Source: Auanema rhodensis (lineage: Eukaryota > Animalia > Nematoda). From it: 64,000 nucleotides of DNA. The notes under the pieces are model-generated. The model was given only the letters and a program-made list of their open reading frames with translations, was not told the DNA's origin and searched no databases. Shown here one piece after another: positions 1-13,700 of this stretch (the stretch's first letter is position 1; each line of letters begins with the position of its first letter). A program made the translations under genes and the position numbers. The stretch lies in assembly GCA_964057225.1 (NCBI GenBank), contig CAXKVF010000078.1, forward strand, positions 62,001-126,000, in the 5' to 3' direction.

Positions 1-22
1 TGAAAACCGCATCTCTTTATCT

Positions 23-32
23 TTCACGTGAA
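23..32. other. Perfect 10-bp palindrome TTCACGTGAA with an E-box/G-box core (representative; present in nearly every monomer)
   Basis: Read directly from the sequence. A second CACGTG lies at 57-62 and an imperfect TTCACGTAAA at 88-97. Protein binding is not demonstrated. Confidence 0.9.
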
Positions 33-105
33 GCGAGTTACATACCAAGTGCACATCACGTGTTCATTTAATTAGCATAAATTAAAGTTCACGTAAATTT
101 CAAAG

Positions 106-120
106 TCATGGTTACCATGA
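106..120. other. 15-bp dyad TCATGGT-T-ACCATGA containing a BstEII site (representative; present in most monomers)
   Basis: The 7-bp arms are exact reverse complements around a 1-nt centre. Confidence 0.92.
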
Positions 121-3100
121 AGCAATATCAATAAAAATTTGTTTTTAGACTAATATGGACATGGGGAATCTAATTTTGAAAACCGCATCTCTTTATCTTT
201 CACGTGAAGCGAGTTACATACCAAGTGCACATCACGTGTACATTTAATTAGCATAAATTAAAGTTCACGTAAATTTCAAAGTCATGGTTACCATGAACCA
301 ATATCAATAAAAATTTGTTTTTAGACTAATATGGACATGGGGAATCTAATTTTGAAAACCGCATTTCTTTATCTTTCACGTGAAGCGAGTTACATATCAA
401 GTGCACATCACGTGTACATTTAATTAGCATAAATTAAAGTTCACGTAAATTTCAAAGTCATGGTTACCATGAACCAATATCAATAAAAATTTGTTTTTAG
501 ACTAATATGGACATGGGGAATCTAATTTTGAAAACCGCATCTCTTTATCTTTCACGTGAAGCGAGTTACATACCAAGTGCACATCACGTGTACATTTAAT
601 TAGCATAAATTAAAGTTCACGTAAATTTCAAAGTCATGGTTACCATGAACCAATATCAATAAAAATTTGTTTTTAGACTAATATGGACATGGGGAATCTA
701 ATTTTGAAAACCGCATTTCTTTATCTTTCACGTGAAGCGAGTTACATACCAAGTGCACATCACGTGTACATTTAATTAGCATAAATTAAAGTTCACGTAA
801 ATTTCAAAGTCATGGTTACCATGCACCAATATCAATAAAAATTTGTTTTTAGACTAATATGGACATGGGGAATCTAATTTTGAAAACCGCATCTCTTTAT
901 CTTTCACGTGAAGCGAGTTACATACCAAGTGCACATCACGTGTACATTTAATTAGCATAAATTAAAGTTCACGTAAATTTTAAAGTCATGGTTACCATGA
1001 ACCAATATCAATAAAAATTTGTTTTTAGACTAATATGGACATGGGGAATCTAATTTTGAAAACCGCATCTCTTTATCTTTCACGTGAAGCGAGTTACATA
1101 CCAAGTGCACATCACGTGTACATTTAATTAGCATAAATTAAAGTTCACGTAAATTTCAAAGTCATGGTTACCATGAACTAATATCAATAAAAATTTGTTT
1201 TTAGACTAATATGGACATGGAGAATCTAATTTTGAAAACCGCATCTCTTTATCTTTCACGTGAAGCGAGTTACATACCAAGTGCACATCACGTGTACATT
1301 TAATTAGCATAAATTAAAGTTCACGTAAATTTTAAAGTCATGGTTACCATGAACCAATATCAATAAAAATTTGTTTTTAGACTAATATGGACATGGAGAA
1401 TCTAATTTTGAAAACCGCATCTCTTTATCTTTCACGTGAAGCGAGTTACATACCAAGTGCACATCACGTGTACATTTAATTAGCATAAATTAAAGTTCAC
1501 GTAAATTTTAAAGTCATGGTTACCATGAACCAATATCAATAAAAATTTGTTTTTAGACTAATATGGACATGGGGAATCTAATTTTGAAAACCGCATCTCT
1601 TTATCTTTCACGTGAAGCGAGTTACATACCAAGTGCACATCACGTGTACATTTAATTAGCATAAATTAAAGTTCACGTAAATTTCAAAGTCATGGTTACC
1701 ATGAACCAATATCAATAAAAATTTGTTTTTAGACTAATATGGACATGGGGAATCTAATTTTGAAAACCGCATCTCTTTATCTTTCACGTGAAGCGAGTTA
1801 CATACCAAGTGCACATCACGTGTTCATTTAATTAGCATAAATTAAAGTTCACGTAAATTTCAAAGTCATGGTTACCATGAAGCAATATCAATAAAAATTT
1901 GTTTTTAGACTAATATGGACATGGGGAATCTAATTTTGAAAACCGCATCTCTTTATCTTTCACGTGAAGCGAGTTACATACCAAGTGCACATCACGTGTA
2001 CATTTAATTAGCATAAATTAAAGTTCACGTAAATTTCAAAGTCATGGTTACCATGAACCAATATCAATAAAAATTTGTTTTTAGACTAATATGGACATGG
2101 GGAATCTAATTTTGAAAACCGCATTTCTTTATCTTTCACGTGAAGCGAGTTACATACCAAGTGCACATCACGTGTACATTTAATTAGCATAAATTAAAGT
2201 TCACGTAAATTTCAAAGTCATGGTTACCATGAACCAATATCAATAAAAATTTGTTTTTAGACTAATATGGACATGGGGAATCTAATTTTGAAAACCGCAT
2301 CTCTTTATCTTTCACGTGAAGCGAGTTACATACCAAGTGCACATCACGTGTACATTTAATTAGCATAAATTAAAGTTCACGTAAATTTCAAAGTCATGGT
2401 TACCATGAACCAATATCAATAAAAATTTGTTTTTAGACTAATATGGACATGGGGAATCTAATTTTGAAAACCGCATTTCTTTATCTTTCACGTGAAGCGA
2501 GTTACATACCAAGTGCACATCACGTGTACATTTAATTAGCATAAATTAAAGTTCACGTAAATTTCAAAGTCATGGTTACCATGCACCAATATCAATAAAA
2601 ATTTGTTTTTAGACTAATATGGACATGGGGAATCTAATTTTGAAAACCGCATCTCTTTATCTTTCACGTGAAGCGAGTTACATACCAAGTGCACATCACG
2701 TGTACATTTAATTAGCATAAATTAAAGTTCACGTAAATTTTAAAGTCATGGTTACCATGAACCAATATCAATAAAAATTTGTTTTTAGACTAATATGGAC
2801 ATGGGGAATCTAATTTTGAAAACCGCATCTCTTTATCTTTCACGTGAAGCGAGTTACATACCAAGTGCACATCACGTGTACATTTAATTAGCATAAATTA
2901 AAGTTCACGTAAATTTCAAAGTCATGGTTACCATGAACTAATATCAATAAAAATTTGTTTTTAGACTAATATGGACATGGAGAATCTAATTTTGAAAACC
3001 GCATCTCTTTATCTTTCACGTGAAGCGAGTTACATACCAAGTGCACATCACGTGTACATTTAATTAGCATAAATTAAAGTTCACGTAAATTTTAAAGTCA

Positions 3101-6100
3101 TGGTTACCATGAACCAATATCAATAAAAATTTGTTTTTAGACTAATATGGACATGGAGAATCTAATTTTGAAAACCGCATCTCTTTATCTTTCACGTGAA
3201 GCGAGTTACATACCAAGTGCACATCACGTGTACATTTAATTAGCATAAATTAAAGTTCACGTAAATTTTAAAGTCATGGTTACCATGAACCAATATCAAT
3301 AAAAATTTGTTTTTAGACTAATATGGACATGGGGAATCTAATTTTGAAAACCGCATCTCTTTATCTTTCACGTAAAGCGAGTTACATACCAAGTGCACAT
3401 CACGTGTACATTTAATTAGCATAAATTAAAGTTCACGTAAATTTCAAAGTCATGGTTACCATGAACCAATATCAATAAAAATTTGTTTTTAGACTAATAT
3501 GGACATGGGGAATCTAATTTTGAAAACCGCATCTCTTTTTCTTTCACGTGAAGCGAGTTACATACCAAGTGCACATCACGTGTTCATTTAATTAGCATAA
3601 ATTAAAGTTCACGTAAATTTCAAAGTCATGGTTACCATGAAGCAATATCAATAAAAATTTGTTTTTAGACTAATATGGACATGGGGAATCTAATTTTGAA
3701 AACCGCATCTCTTTATCTTTCACGTGAAGCGAGTTACATACCAAGTGCACATCACGTGTACATTTAATTAGCATAAATTAAAGTTCACGTAAATTTCAAA
3801 GTCATGGTTACCATGAACCAATATCAATAAAAATTTGTTTTTAGACTAATATGGACATGGGGAATCTAATTTTAAAAACCGCATTTCTTTATCTTTCACG
3901 TGAAGCGAGTTACATACCAAGTGCACATCACGTGTACATTTAATTAGCATAAATTAAAGTTCACGTAAATTTCAAAGTCATGGTTACCATGAACCAATAT
4001 CAATAAAAATTTGTTTTTAGACTAATATGGACATGGGGAATCTAATTTTGAAAACCGCATCTCTTTATCTTTCACGTGAAGCGAGTTACATACCAAGTGC
4101 ACATCACGTGTACATTTAATTAGCATAAATTAAAGTTCACGTAAATTTCAAAGTCATGGTTACCATGAACCAATATCAATAAAAATTTGTTTTTAGACTA
4201 ATATGGACATGGGGAATCTAATTTTGAAAACCGCATTTCTTTATCTTTCACGTGAAGCGAGTTACATACCAAGTGCACATCACGTGTACATTTAATTAGC
4301 ATAAATTAAAGTTCACGTAAATTTCAAAGTCATGGTTACCATGCACCAATATCAATAAAAATTTGTTTTTAGACTAATATGGACATGGGGAATCTAATTT
4401 TGAAAACCGCATCTCTTTATCTTTCACGTGAAGCGAGTTACATACCAAGTGCACATCACGTGTACATTTAATTAGCATAAATTAAAGTTCACGTAAATTT
4501 TAAAGTCATGGTTACCATGAACCAATATCAATAAAAATTTGTTTTTAGACTAATATGGACATGGGGAATCTAATTTTGAAAACCGCATCTCTTTATCTTT
4601 CACGTGAAGCGAGTTACATACCAAGTGCACATCACGTGTACATTTAATTAGCATAAATTAAAGTTCACGTAAATTTCAAAGTCATGGTTACCATGAACTA
4701 ATATCAATAAAAATTTGTTTTTAGACTAATATGGACATGGAGAATCTAATTTTGAAAACCGCATCTCTTTATCTTTCACGTGAAGCGAGTTACATACCAA
4801 GTGCACATCACGTGTACATTTAATTAGCATAAATTAAAGTTCACGTAAATTTTAAAGTCATGGTTACCATGAACCAATATCAATAAAAATTTGTTTTTAG
4901 ACTAATATGGACATGGGGAATCTAATTTTGAAAACCGCATTTCTTTATCTTTCACGTGAAGCGAGTTACATACCAAGTGCACATCACGTGTACATTTAAT
5001 TAGCATAAATTAAAGTTCACGTAAATTTCAAAGTCATGGTTACCATGAACCAATATCAATAAAAATTTGTTTTTAGACTAATATGGACATGGGGAATCTA
5101 ATTTTGAAAACCGCATCTCTTTATCTTTCACGTGAAGCGAGTTACATACCAAGTGCACATCACGTGTACATTTAATTAGCATAAATTAAAGTTCACGTAA
5201 ATTTCAAAGTCATGGTTACCATGAACCAATATCAATAAAAATTTGTTTTTAGACTAATATGGACATGGGGAATCTAATTTTGAAAACCGCATTTCTTTAT
5301 CTTTCACGTGAAGCGAGTTACATACCAAGTGCACATCACGTGTACATTTAATTAGCATAAATTAAAGTTCACGTAAATTTCAAAGTCATGGTTACCATGC
5401 ACCAATATCAATAAAAATTTGTTTTTAGACTAATATGGACTTGGGGAATCTAATTTTGAAAACCGCATCTCTTTATCTTTCACGTGAAGCGAGTTACATA
5501 CCAAGTGCACATCACGTGTACATTTAATTAGCATAAATTAAAGTTCACGTAAATTTCAAAGTCATGGTTACCATGAACTAATATCAATAAAAATTTGTTT
5601 TTAGACTAATATGGACATGGAGAATCTAATTTTGAAAACCGCATCTCTTTATCTTTCACGTGAAGCGAGTTACATACCAAGTGCACATCACGTGTACATT
5701 TAATTAGCATAAATTAAAGTTCACGTAAATTTTAAAGTCATGGTTACCATGAACCAATATCAATAAAAATTTGTTTTTAGACTAATATGGACATGGGGAA
5801 TCTAATTTTGAAAACCGCATCTCTTTATCTTTCACGTGAAGCGAGTTACATACCAAGTGCACATCACGTGTACATTTAATTAGCATAAATTAAAGTTCAC
5901 GTAAATTTCAAAGTCATGGTTACCATGAACTAATATCAATAAAAATTTGTTTTTAGACTAATATGGACATGGAGAATCTAATTTTGAAAACCGCATCTCT
6001 TTATCTTTCACGTGAAGCGAGTTACATACCAAGTGCACATCACGTGTACATTTAATTAGCATAAATTAAAGTTCACGTAAATTTCAAAGTCATGGTTACC

Positions 6101-9100
6101 ATGAACCAATATCAATAAAAATTTGTTTTCAGACTAATATGGACATGGGGAATCTAATTTTGAAAACCGCATCTCTTTATCTTTCACGTGAAGCGAGTTA
6201 CATACCAAGTGCACATCACGTGTACATTTAATTAGCATAAATTAAAGTTCACGTAAATTTCAAAGTCATGGTTACCATGAAGCAATATCAATAAAAATTT
6301 GTTTTTAGACTAATATGGACATGGGGAATCTAATTTTGAAAACCGCATCTCTTTATCTCTCACGTGAAGCGAGTTACATACCAAGTGCACATCACGTGTA
6401 CATTTAATTAGCATAAATTAAAGTTCACGTAAATTTCAAAGTCATGGTTACCATGAACCAATATCAATAAAAATTTGTTTTTAGACTAATATGGACATGG
6501 GGAATCTAATTTTGAAAACCGCATCTCTTTATCTTTCACGTGAAGCGAGTTACATACCAAGTGCACATCACGTGTACATTTAATTAGCATAAATTAAAGT
6601 TCACGTAAATTTCAAAGTCATGGTTACCATGAACCAATATCAATAAAAATTTGTTTTTAGACTAATATGGACATGGGGAATCTAATTTTGAAAACCGCAT
6701 CTCTTTATCTTTCACGTGAAGCGAGTTACATACCAAGTGCACATCACGTGTACATTTAATTAGCATAAATTAAAGTTCACGTAAATTTCAAAGTCATGGT
6801 TACCATGAACCAATATCAATAAAAATTTGTTTTCAGACTAATATGGACATGGGGAATCTAATTTTGAAAACCGCATCTCTTTATCTTTCACGTGAAGCGA
6901 GTTACATACCAAGTGCACATCACGTGTACATTTAATTAGCATAAATTAAAGTTCACGTAAATTTCAAAGTCATGGTTACCATGAAGCAATATCAATAAAA
7001 ATTTGTTTTTAGACTAATATGGACATGGGGAATCTAATTTTGAAAACCGCATCTCTTTATCTTTCACGTGAAGCGAGTTACATACCAAGTGCACATCACG
7101 TGTACATTTAATTAGCATAAATTAAAGTTCACGTAAATTTCAAAGTCATGGTTACCATGAACCAATATCAATAAAAATTTGTTTTTAGACTAATATGGAC
7201 ATGGGGAATCTAATTTTGAAAACCGCATTTCTTTATCTTTCACGTGAAGCGAGTTACATACCAAGTGCACATCACGTGTACATTTAATTAGCATAAATTA
7301 AAGTTCACGTAAATTTCAAAGTCATGGTTACCATGAACCAATATCAATAAAAATTTGTTTTTAGACTAATATGGACATGGGGAATCTAATTTTGAAAACC
7401 GCATCTCTTTATCTTTCACGTGAAGCGAGTTACATACCAAGTGCACATCACGTGTACATTTAATTAGCATAAATTAAAGTTCACGTAAATTTCAAAGTCA
7501 TGGTTACCATGAACCAATATCAATAAAAATTTGTTTTTAGACTAATATGGACATGGGAAATCTAATTTTGAAAACCGCATTTCTTTATCTTTCACGTGAA
7601 GCGAGTTACATACCAAGTGCACATCACGTGTACATTTAATTAGCATAAATTAAAGTTCACGTAAATTTCAAAGTCATGGTTACCATGCACCAATATCAAT
7701 AAAAATTTGTTTTTAGACTAATATGGACATGGGGAATCTAATTTTGAAAACCGCATCTCTTTATCTTTCACGTGAAGCGAGTTACATACCAAGTGCACAT
7801 CACGTGTACATTTAATTAGCATAAATTAAAGTTCACGTAAATTTTAAAGTCATGGTTACCATGAACCAATATCAATAAAAATTTGTTTTTAGACTAATAT
7901 GGACATGGGGAATCTAATTTTGAAAACCGCATCTCTTTATCTTTCACGTGAAGCGAGTTACATACCAAGTGCACATCACGTGTACATTTAATTAGCATAA
8001 ATTAAAGTTCACGTAAATTTCAAAGTCATGGTTACCATGAACTAATATCAATAAAAATTTGTTTTTAGACTAATATGGACATGGAGAATCTAATTTTGAA
8101 AACCGCATCTCTTTATCTTTCACGTGAAGCGAGTTACATACCAAGTGCACATCACGTGTACATTTAATTAGCATAAATTAAAGTTCACGTAAATTTTAAA
8201 GTCATGGTTACCATGAACCAATATCAATAAAAATTTGTTTTTAGACTAATATGGACATGGGGAATCTAATTTTGAAAACCGCATTTCTTTATCTTTCACG
8301 TGAAGCGAGTTACATACCAAGTGCACATCACGTGTACATTTAATTAGCATAAATTAAAGTTCACGTAAATTTCAAAGTCATGGTTACCATGAACCAATAT
8401 CAATAAAAATTTGTTTTTAGACTAATATGGACATGGGGAATCTAATTTTGAAAACCGCATCTCTTTATCTTTCACGTGAAGCGAGTTACATACCAAGTGC
8501 ACATCACGTGTACATTTAATTAGCATAAATTAAAGTTCACGTAAATTTCAAAGTCATGGTTACCATGAACCAATATCAATAAAAATTTGTTTTTAGACTA
8601 ATATGGACATGGGGAATCTAATTTTGAAAACCGCATTTCTTTATCTTTCACGTGAAGCGAGTTACATACCAAGTGCACATCACGTGTACATTTAATTAGC
8701 ATAAATTAAAGTTCACGTAAATTTCAAAGTCATGGTTACCATGCACCAATATCAATAAAAATTTGTTTTTAGACTAATATGGACATGGGGAATCTAATTT
8801 TGAAAACCGCATCTCTTTATCTTTCACGTGAAGCGAGTTACATACCAAGTGCACATCACGTGTACATTTAATTAGCATAAATTAAAGTTCACGTAAATTT
8901 TAAAGTCATGGTTACCATGAACCAATATCAATAAAAATTTGTTTTTAGACTAATATGGACATGGGGAATCTAATTTTGAAAACCGCATCTCTTTATCTTT
9001 CACGTAAAGCGAGTTACATACCAAGTGCACATCACGTGTACATTTAATTAGCATAAATTAAAGTTCACGTAAATTTCAAAGTCATGGTTACCATGAACCA

Positions 9101-10731
9101 ATATCAATAAAAATTTGTTTTTAGACTAATATGGACATGGGGAATCTAATTTTGAAAACCGCATCTCTTTATCTTTCACGTGAAGCGAGTTACATACCAA
9201 GTGCACATCACGTGTTCATTTAATTAGCATAAATTAAAGTTCACGTAAATTTCAAAGTCATGGTTACCATGAAGCAATATCAATAAAAATTTGTTTTTAG
9301 ACTAATATGGACATGGGGAATCTAATTTTGAAAACCGCATCTCTTTATCTTTCACGTGAAGCGAGTTACATACCAAGTGCACATCACGTGTACATTTAAT
9401 TAGCATAAATTAAAGTTCACGTAAATTTCAAAGTCATGGTTACCATGAACCAATATCAATAAAAATTTGTTTTTAGACTAATATGGACATGGGGAATCTA
9501 ATTTTGAAAACCGCATTTCTTTATCTTTCACGTGAAGCGAGTTACATACCAAGTGCACATCACGTGTACATTTAATTAGCATAAATTAAAGTTCACGTAA
9601 ATTTCAAAGTCATGGTTACCATGAACCAATATCAATAAAAATTTGTTTTTAGACTAATATGGACATGGGGAATCTAATTTTGAAAACCGCATCTCTTTAT
9701 CTTTCACGTGAAGCGAGTTACATACCAAGTGCACATCACGTGTACATTTAATTAGCATAAATTAAAGTTCACGTAAATTTCAAAGTCATGGTTACCATGA
9801 ACCAATATCAATAAAAATTTGTTTTTAGACTAATATGGACATGGGGAATCTAATTTTGAAAACCGCATTTCTTTATCTTTCACGTGAAGCGAGTTACATA
9901 CCAAGTGCACATCACGTGTACATTTAATTAGCATAAATTAAAGTTCACGTAAATTTCAAAGTCATGGTTACCATGCACCAATATCAATAAAAATTTGTTT
10001 TTAGACTAATATGGACATGGGGAATCTAATTTTGAAAACCGCATCTCTTTATCTTTCACGTGAAGCGAGTTACATACCAAGTGCACATCACGTGTACATT
10101 TAATTAGCATAAATTAAAGTTCACGTAAATTTTAAAGTCATGGTTACCATGAACCAATATCAATAAAAATTTGTTTTTAGACTAATATGGACATGGGGAA
10201 TCTAATTTTGAAAACCGCATCTCTTTATCTTTCACGTGAAGCGAGTTACATACCAAGTGCACATCACGTGTACATTTAATTAGCATAAATTAAAGTTCAC
10301 GTAAATTTCAAAGTCATGGTTACCATGAACTAATATCAATAAAAATTTGTTTTTAGACTAATATGGACATGGAGAATCTAATTTTGAAAACCGCATCTCT
10401 TTATCTTTCACGTGAAGCGAGTTACATACCAAGTGCACATCACGTGTACATTTAATTAGCATAAATTAAAGTTCACGTAAATTTTAAAGTCATGGTTACC
10501 ATGAACCAATATCAATAAAAATTTGTTTTTAGACTAATATGGACATGGGGAATCTAATTTTGAAAACCGCATTTCTTTATCTTTCACGTGAAGCGAGTTA
10601 CATACCAAGTGCACATCACGTGTACATTTAATTAGCATAAATTAAAGTTCACGTAAATTTCAAAGTCATGGTTACCATGAACCAATATCAATAAAAATTT
10701 GTTTTTAGACTAATATGGACATGGGGAATCT

Positions 10732-13700
10732 TATTTTGAAAACCGCATCTCTTTATCTTTCACGTGAAGCGAGTTACATACCAAGTGCACATCACGTGTA
10801 CATTTAATTAGCATAAATTAAAGTTCACGTAAATTTCAAAGTCATGGTTACCATGAACCAATATCAATAAAAATTTGTTTTTAGACTAATATGGACATGG
10901 GGAATCTAATTTTGAAAACCGCATTTCTTTATCTTTCACGTGAAGCGAGTTACATACCAAGTGCACATCACGTGTACATTTAATTAGCATAAATTAAAGT
11001 TCACGTAAATTTCAAAGTCATGGTTACCATGCACCAATATCAATAAAAATTTGTTTTTAGACTAATATGGACATGGGGAATCTAATTTTGAAAACCGCAT
11101 CTCTTTATCTTTCACGTGAAGCGAGTTACATACCAAGTGCACATCACGTGTACATTTAATTAGCATAAATTAAAGTTCACGTAAATTTTAAAGTCATGGT
11201 TACCATGAACCAATATCAATAAAAATTTGTTTTTAGACTAATATGGACATGGGGAATCTAATTTTGAAAACCGCATCTCTTTATCTTTCACGTGAAGCGA
11301 GTTACATACCAAGTGCACATCACGTGTACATTTAATTAGCATAAATTAAAGTTCACGTAAATTTCAAAGTCATGGTTACCATGAACTAATATCAATAAAA
11401 ATTTGTTTTTAGACTAATATGGACATGGAGAATCTAATTTTGAAAACCGCATCTCTTTATCTTTCACGTGAAGCGAGTTACATACCAAGTGCACATCACG
11501 TGTACATTTAATTAGCATAAATTAAAGTTCACGTAAATTTTAAAGTCATGGTTACCATGAACCAATATCAATAAAAATTTGTTTTTAGACTAATATGGAC
11601 ATGGGGAATCTAATTTTGAAAACCGCATCTCTTTATCTTTCACGTGAAGCGAGTTACATACCAAGTGCACATCACGTGTACATTTAATTAGCATAAATTA
11701 AAGTTCACGTAAATTTCAAAGTCATGGTTACCATGAACTAATATCAATAAAAATTTGTTTTTAGACTAATATGGACATGGAGAATCTAATTTTGAAAACC
11801 GCATCTCTTTATCTTTCACGTGAAGCGAGTTACATACCAAGTGCACATCACGTGTACATTTAATTAGCATAAATTAAAGTTCACGTAAATTTCAAAGTCA
11901 TGGTTACCATGAACCAATATCAATAAAAATTTGTTTTTAGACTAATATGGACATGGGGAATCTAATTTTGAAAACCGCATCTCTTTATCTTTCACGTGAA
12001 GCGAGTTACATACCAAGTGCACATCACGTGTACATTTAATTAGCATAAATTAAAGTTCACGTAAATTTCAAAGTCATGGTTACCATGAAGCAATATCAAT
12101 AAAAATTTGTTTTTAGACTAATATGGACATGGGGAATCTAATTTTGAAAACCGCATCTCTTTATCTCTCACGTGAAGCGAGTTACATACCAAGTGCACAT
12201 CACGTGTACATTTAATTAGCATAAATTAAAGTTCACGTAAATTTCAAAGTCATGGTTACCATGAACCAATATCAATAAAAATTTGTTTTTAGACTAATAT
12301 GGACATGGGGAATCTAATTTTCAAAACCGCATCTCTTTATCTTTCACGTGAAGCGAGTTACATACCAAGTGCACATCACGTGTACATTTAATTAGCATAA
12401 ATTAAAGTTCACGTAAATTTCAAAGTCATGGTTACCATGAAGCAATATCAATAAAAATTTGTTTTTAGACTAATATGGACATGGGGAATCTAATTTTGAA
12501 AACCGCATCTTTTTATCTTTCACGTGAAGCGAGTTACATACCAAGTGCACATCACGTGTACATTTAATTAGCATAAATTAAAGTTCACGTAAATTTCAAA
12601 GTCATGGTTACCATGAACCAATATCAATAAAAATTTGTTTTTAGACTAATATGGACATGGGGAATCTAATTTTGAAAACCGCATCTCTTTATCTTTCACG
12701 TGAAGCGAGTTACATACCAAGTGCACATCACGTGTACATTTAATTAGCATAAATTAAAGTTCACGTAAATTTCAAAGTCATGGTTACCATGAAGCAATAT
12801 CAATAAAAATTTGTTTTTAGACTAATATGGACATGGGGAATCTAATTTTGAAAACCGCATCTCTTTATCTTTCACGTGAAGCGAGTTACATACCAAGTGC
12901 ACATCACGTGTACATTTAATTAGCATAAATTAAAGTTCACGTAAATTTCAAAGTCATGGTTACCATGAAGCAATATCAATAAAAATTTGTTTTTAGACTA
13001 ATATGGACATGGGGAATCTAATTTTGAAAACCGCATCTCTTTATCTCTCACGTGAAGCGAGTTACATACCAAGTGCACATCACGTGTACATTTAATTAGC
13101 ATAAATTAAAGTTCACGTAAATTTCAAAGTCATGGTTACCATGAACCAATATCAATAAAAATTTGTTTTTAGACTAATATGGACATGGGGAATCTTATTT
13201 TGAAAACCGCATCTCTTTATCTTTCACGTGAAGCGAGTTACATACCAAGTGCACATCACGTGTACATTTAATTAGCATAAATTAAAGTTCACGTAAATTT
13301 CAAAGTCATGGTTACCATGAACCAATATCAATAAAAATTTGTTTTTAGACTAATATGGACATGGGGAATCTAATTTTGAAAACCGCATTTCTTTATCTTT
13401 CACGTGAAGCGAGTTACATACCAAGTGCACATCACGTGTACATTTAATTAGCATAAATTAAAGTTCACGTAAATTTCAAAGTCATGGTTACCATGCACCA
13501 ATATCAATAAAAATTTGTTTTTAGACTAATATGGACATGGGGAATCTAATTTTGAAAACCGCATCTCTTTATCTTTCACGTGAAGCGAGTTACATACCAA
13601 GTGCACATCACGTGTACATTTAATTAGCATAAATTAAAGTTCACGTAAATTTTAAAGTCATGGTTACCATGAACCAATATCAATAAAAATTTGTTTTTAG

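Larger units (their letters stand above)
1..4928. repeat. 10-monomer higher-order repeat (1760 bp): two full copies plus a truncated third
   Basis: The variant order [T64+G122][cons][T13][cons][T13+C120][T101][T123+A165][T101+A165][T101][cons] occurs at 1-1760 and 1761-3520. It restarts at 3521 and breaks down after about 8 monomers. Confidence 0.9.

Noticed and set aside
55-160. Budding-yeast point-centromere layout: CDEI-like ATCACGTG, a 77-bp gap, then TGTTTTT resembling the start of CDEIII
   Set aside because: The essential CDEIII CCG core does not follow TGTTTTT, the gap is far less AT-rich than CDEII, and point centromeres are not tandemly arrayed.
1-176. CENP-B box or primate alpha satellite identity
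   Set aside because: There is no TTCG-N4-A-N2-CGGG motif on either strand and no recognisable alphoid similarity.
1-176. Assignment to known satellites of similar length (Brassica CentBr, honeybee AluI, Arabidopsis CEN178)
   Set aside because: The consensus lacks AAGCTT and AGCT sites. Short minus-strand resemblances to CEN178 as I recall it (GTCCATATTAGTCT, TGCGGTTT) are not spaced collinearly. Length alone is not evidence, and a database search is needed.
1-176. Tandem 5S rRNA, tRNA, snRNA or spliced-leader gene array
   Set aside because: No cloverleaf, Pol III A/B/C boxes or recognisable 5S/SL sequence could be identified.
1-176. 10-bp phased A-tracts implying intrinsic curvature
   Set aside because: A/T tracts are present, but their spacing is irregular by eye. 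This cannot be supported without a curvature or periodicity computation.
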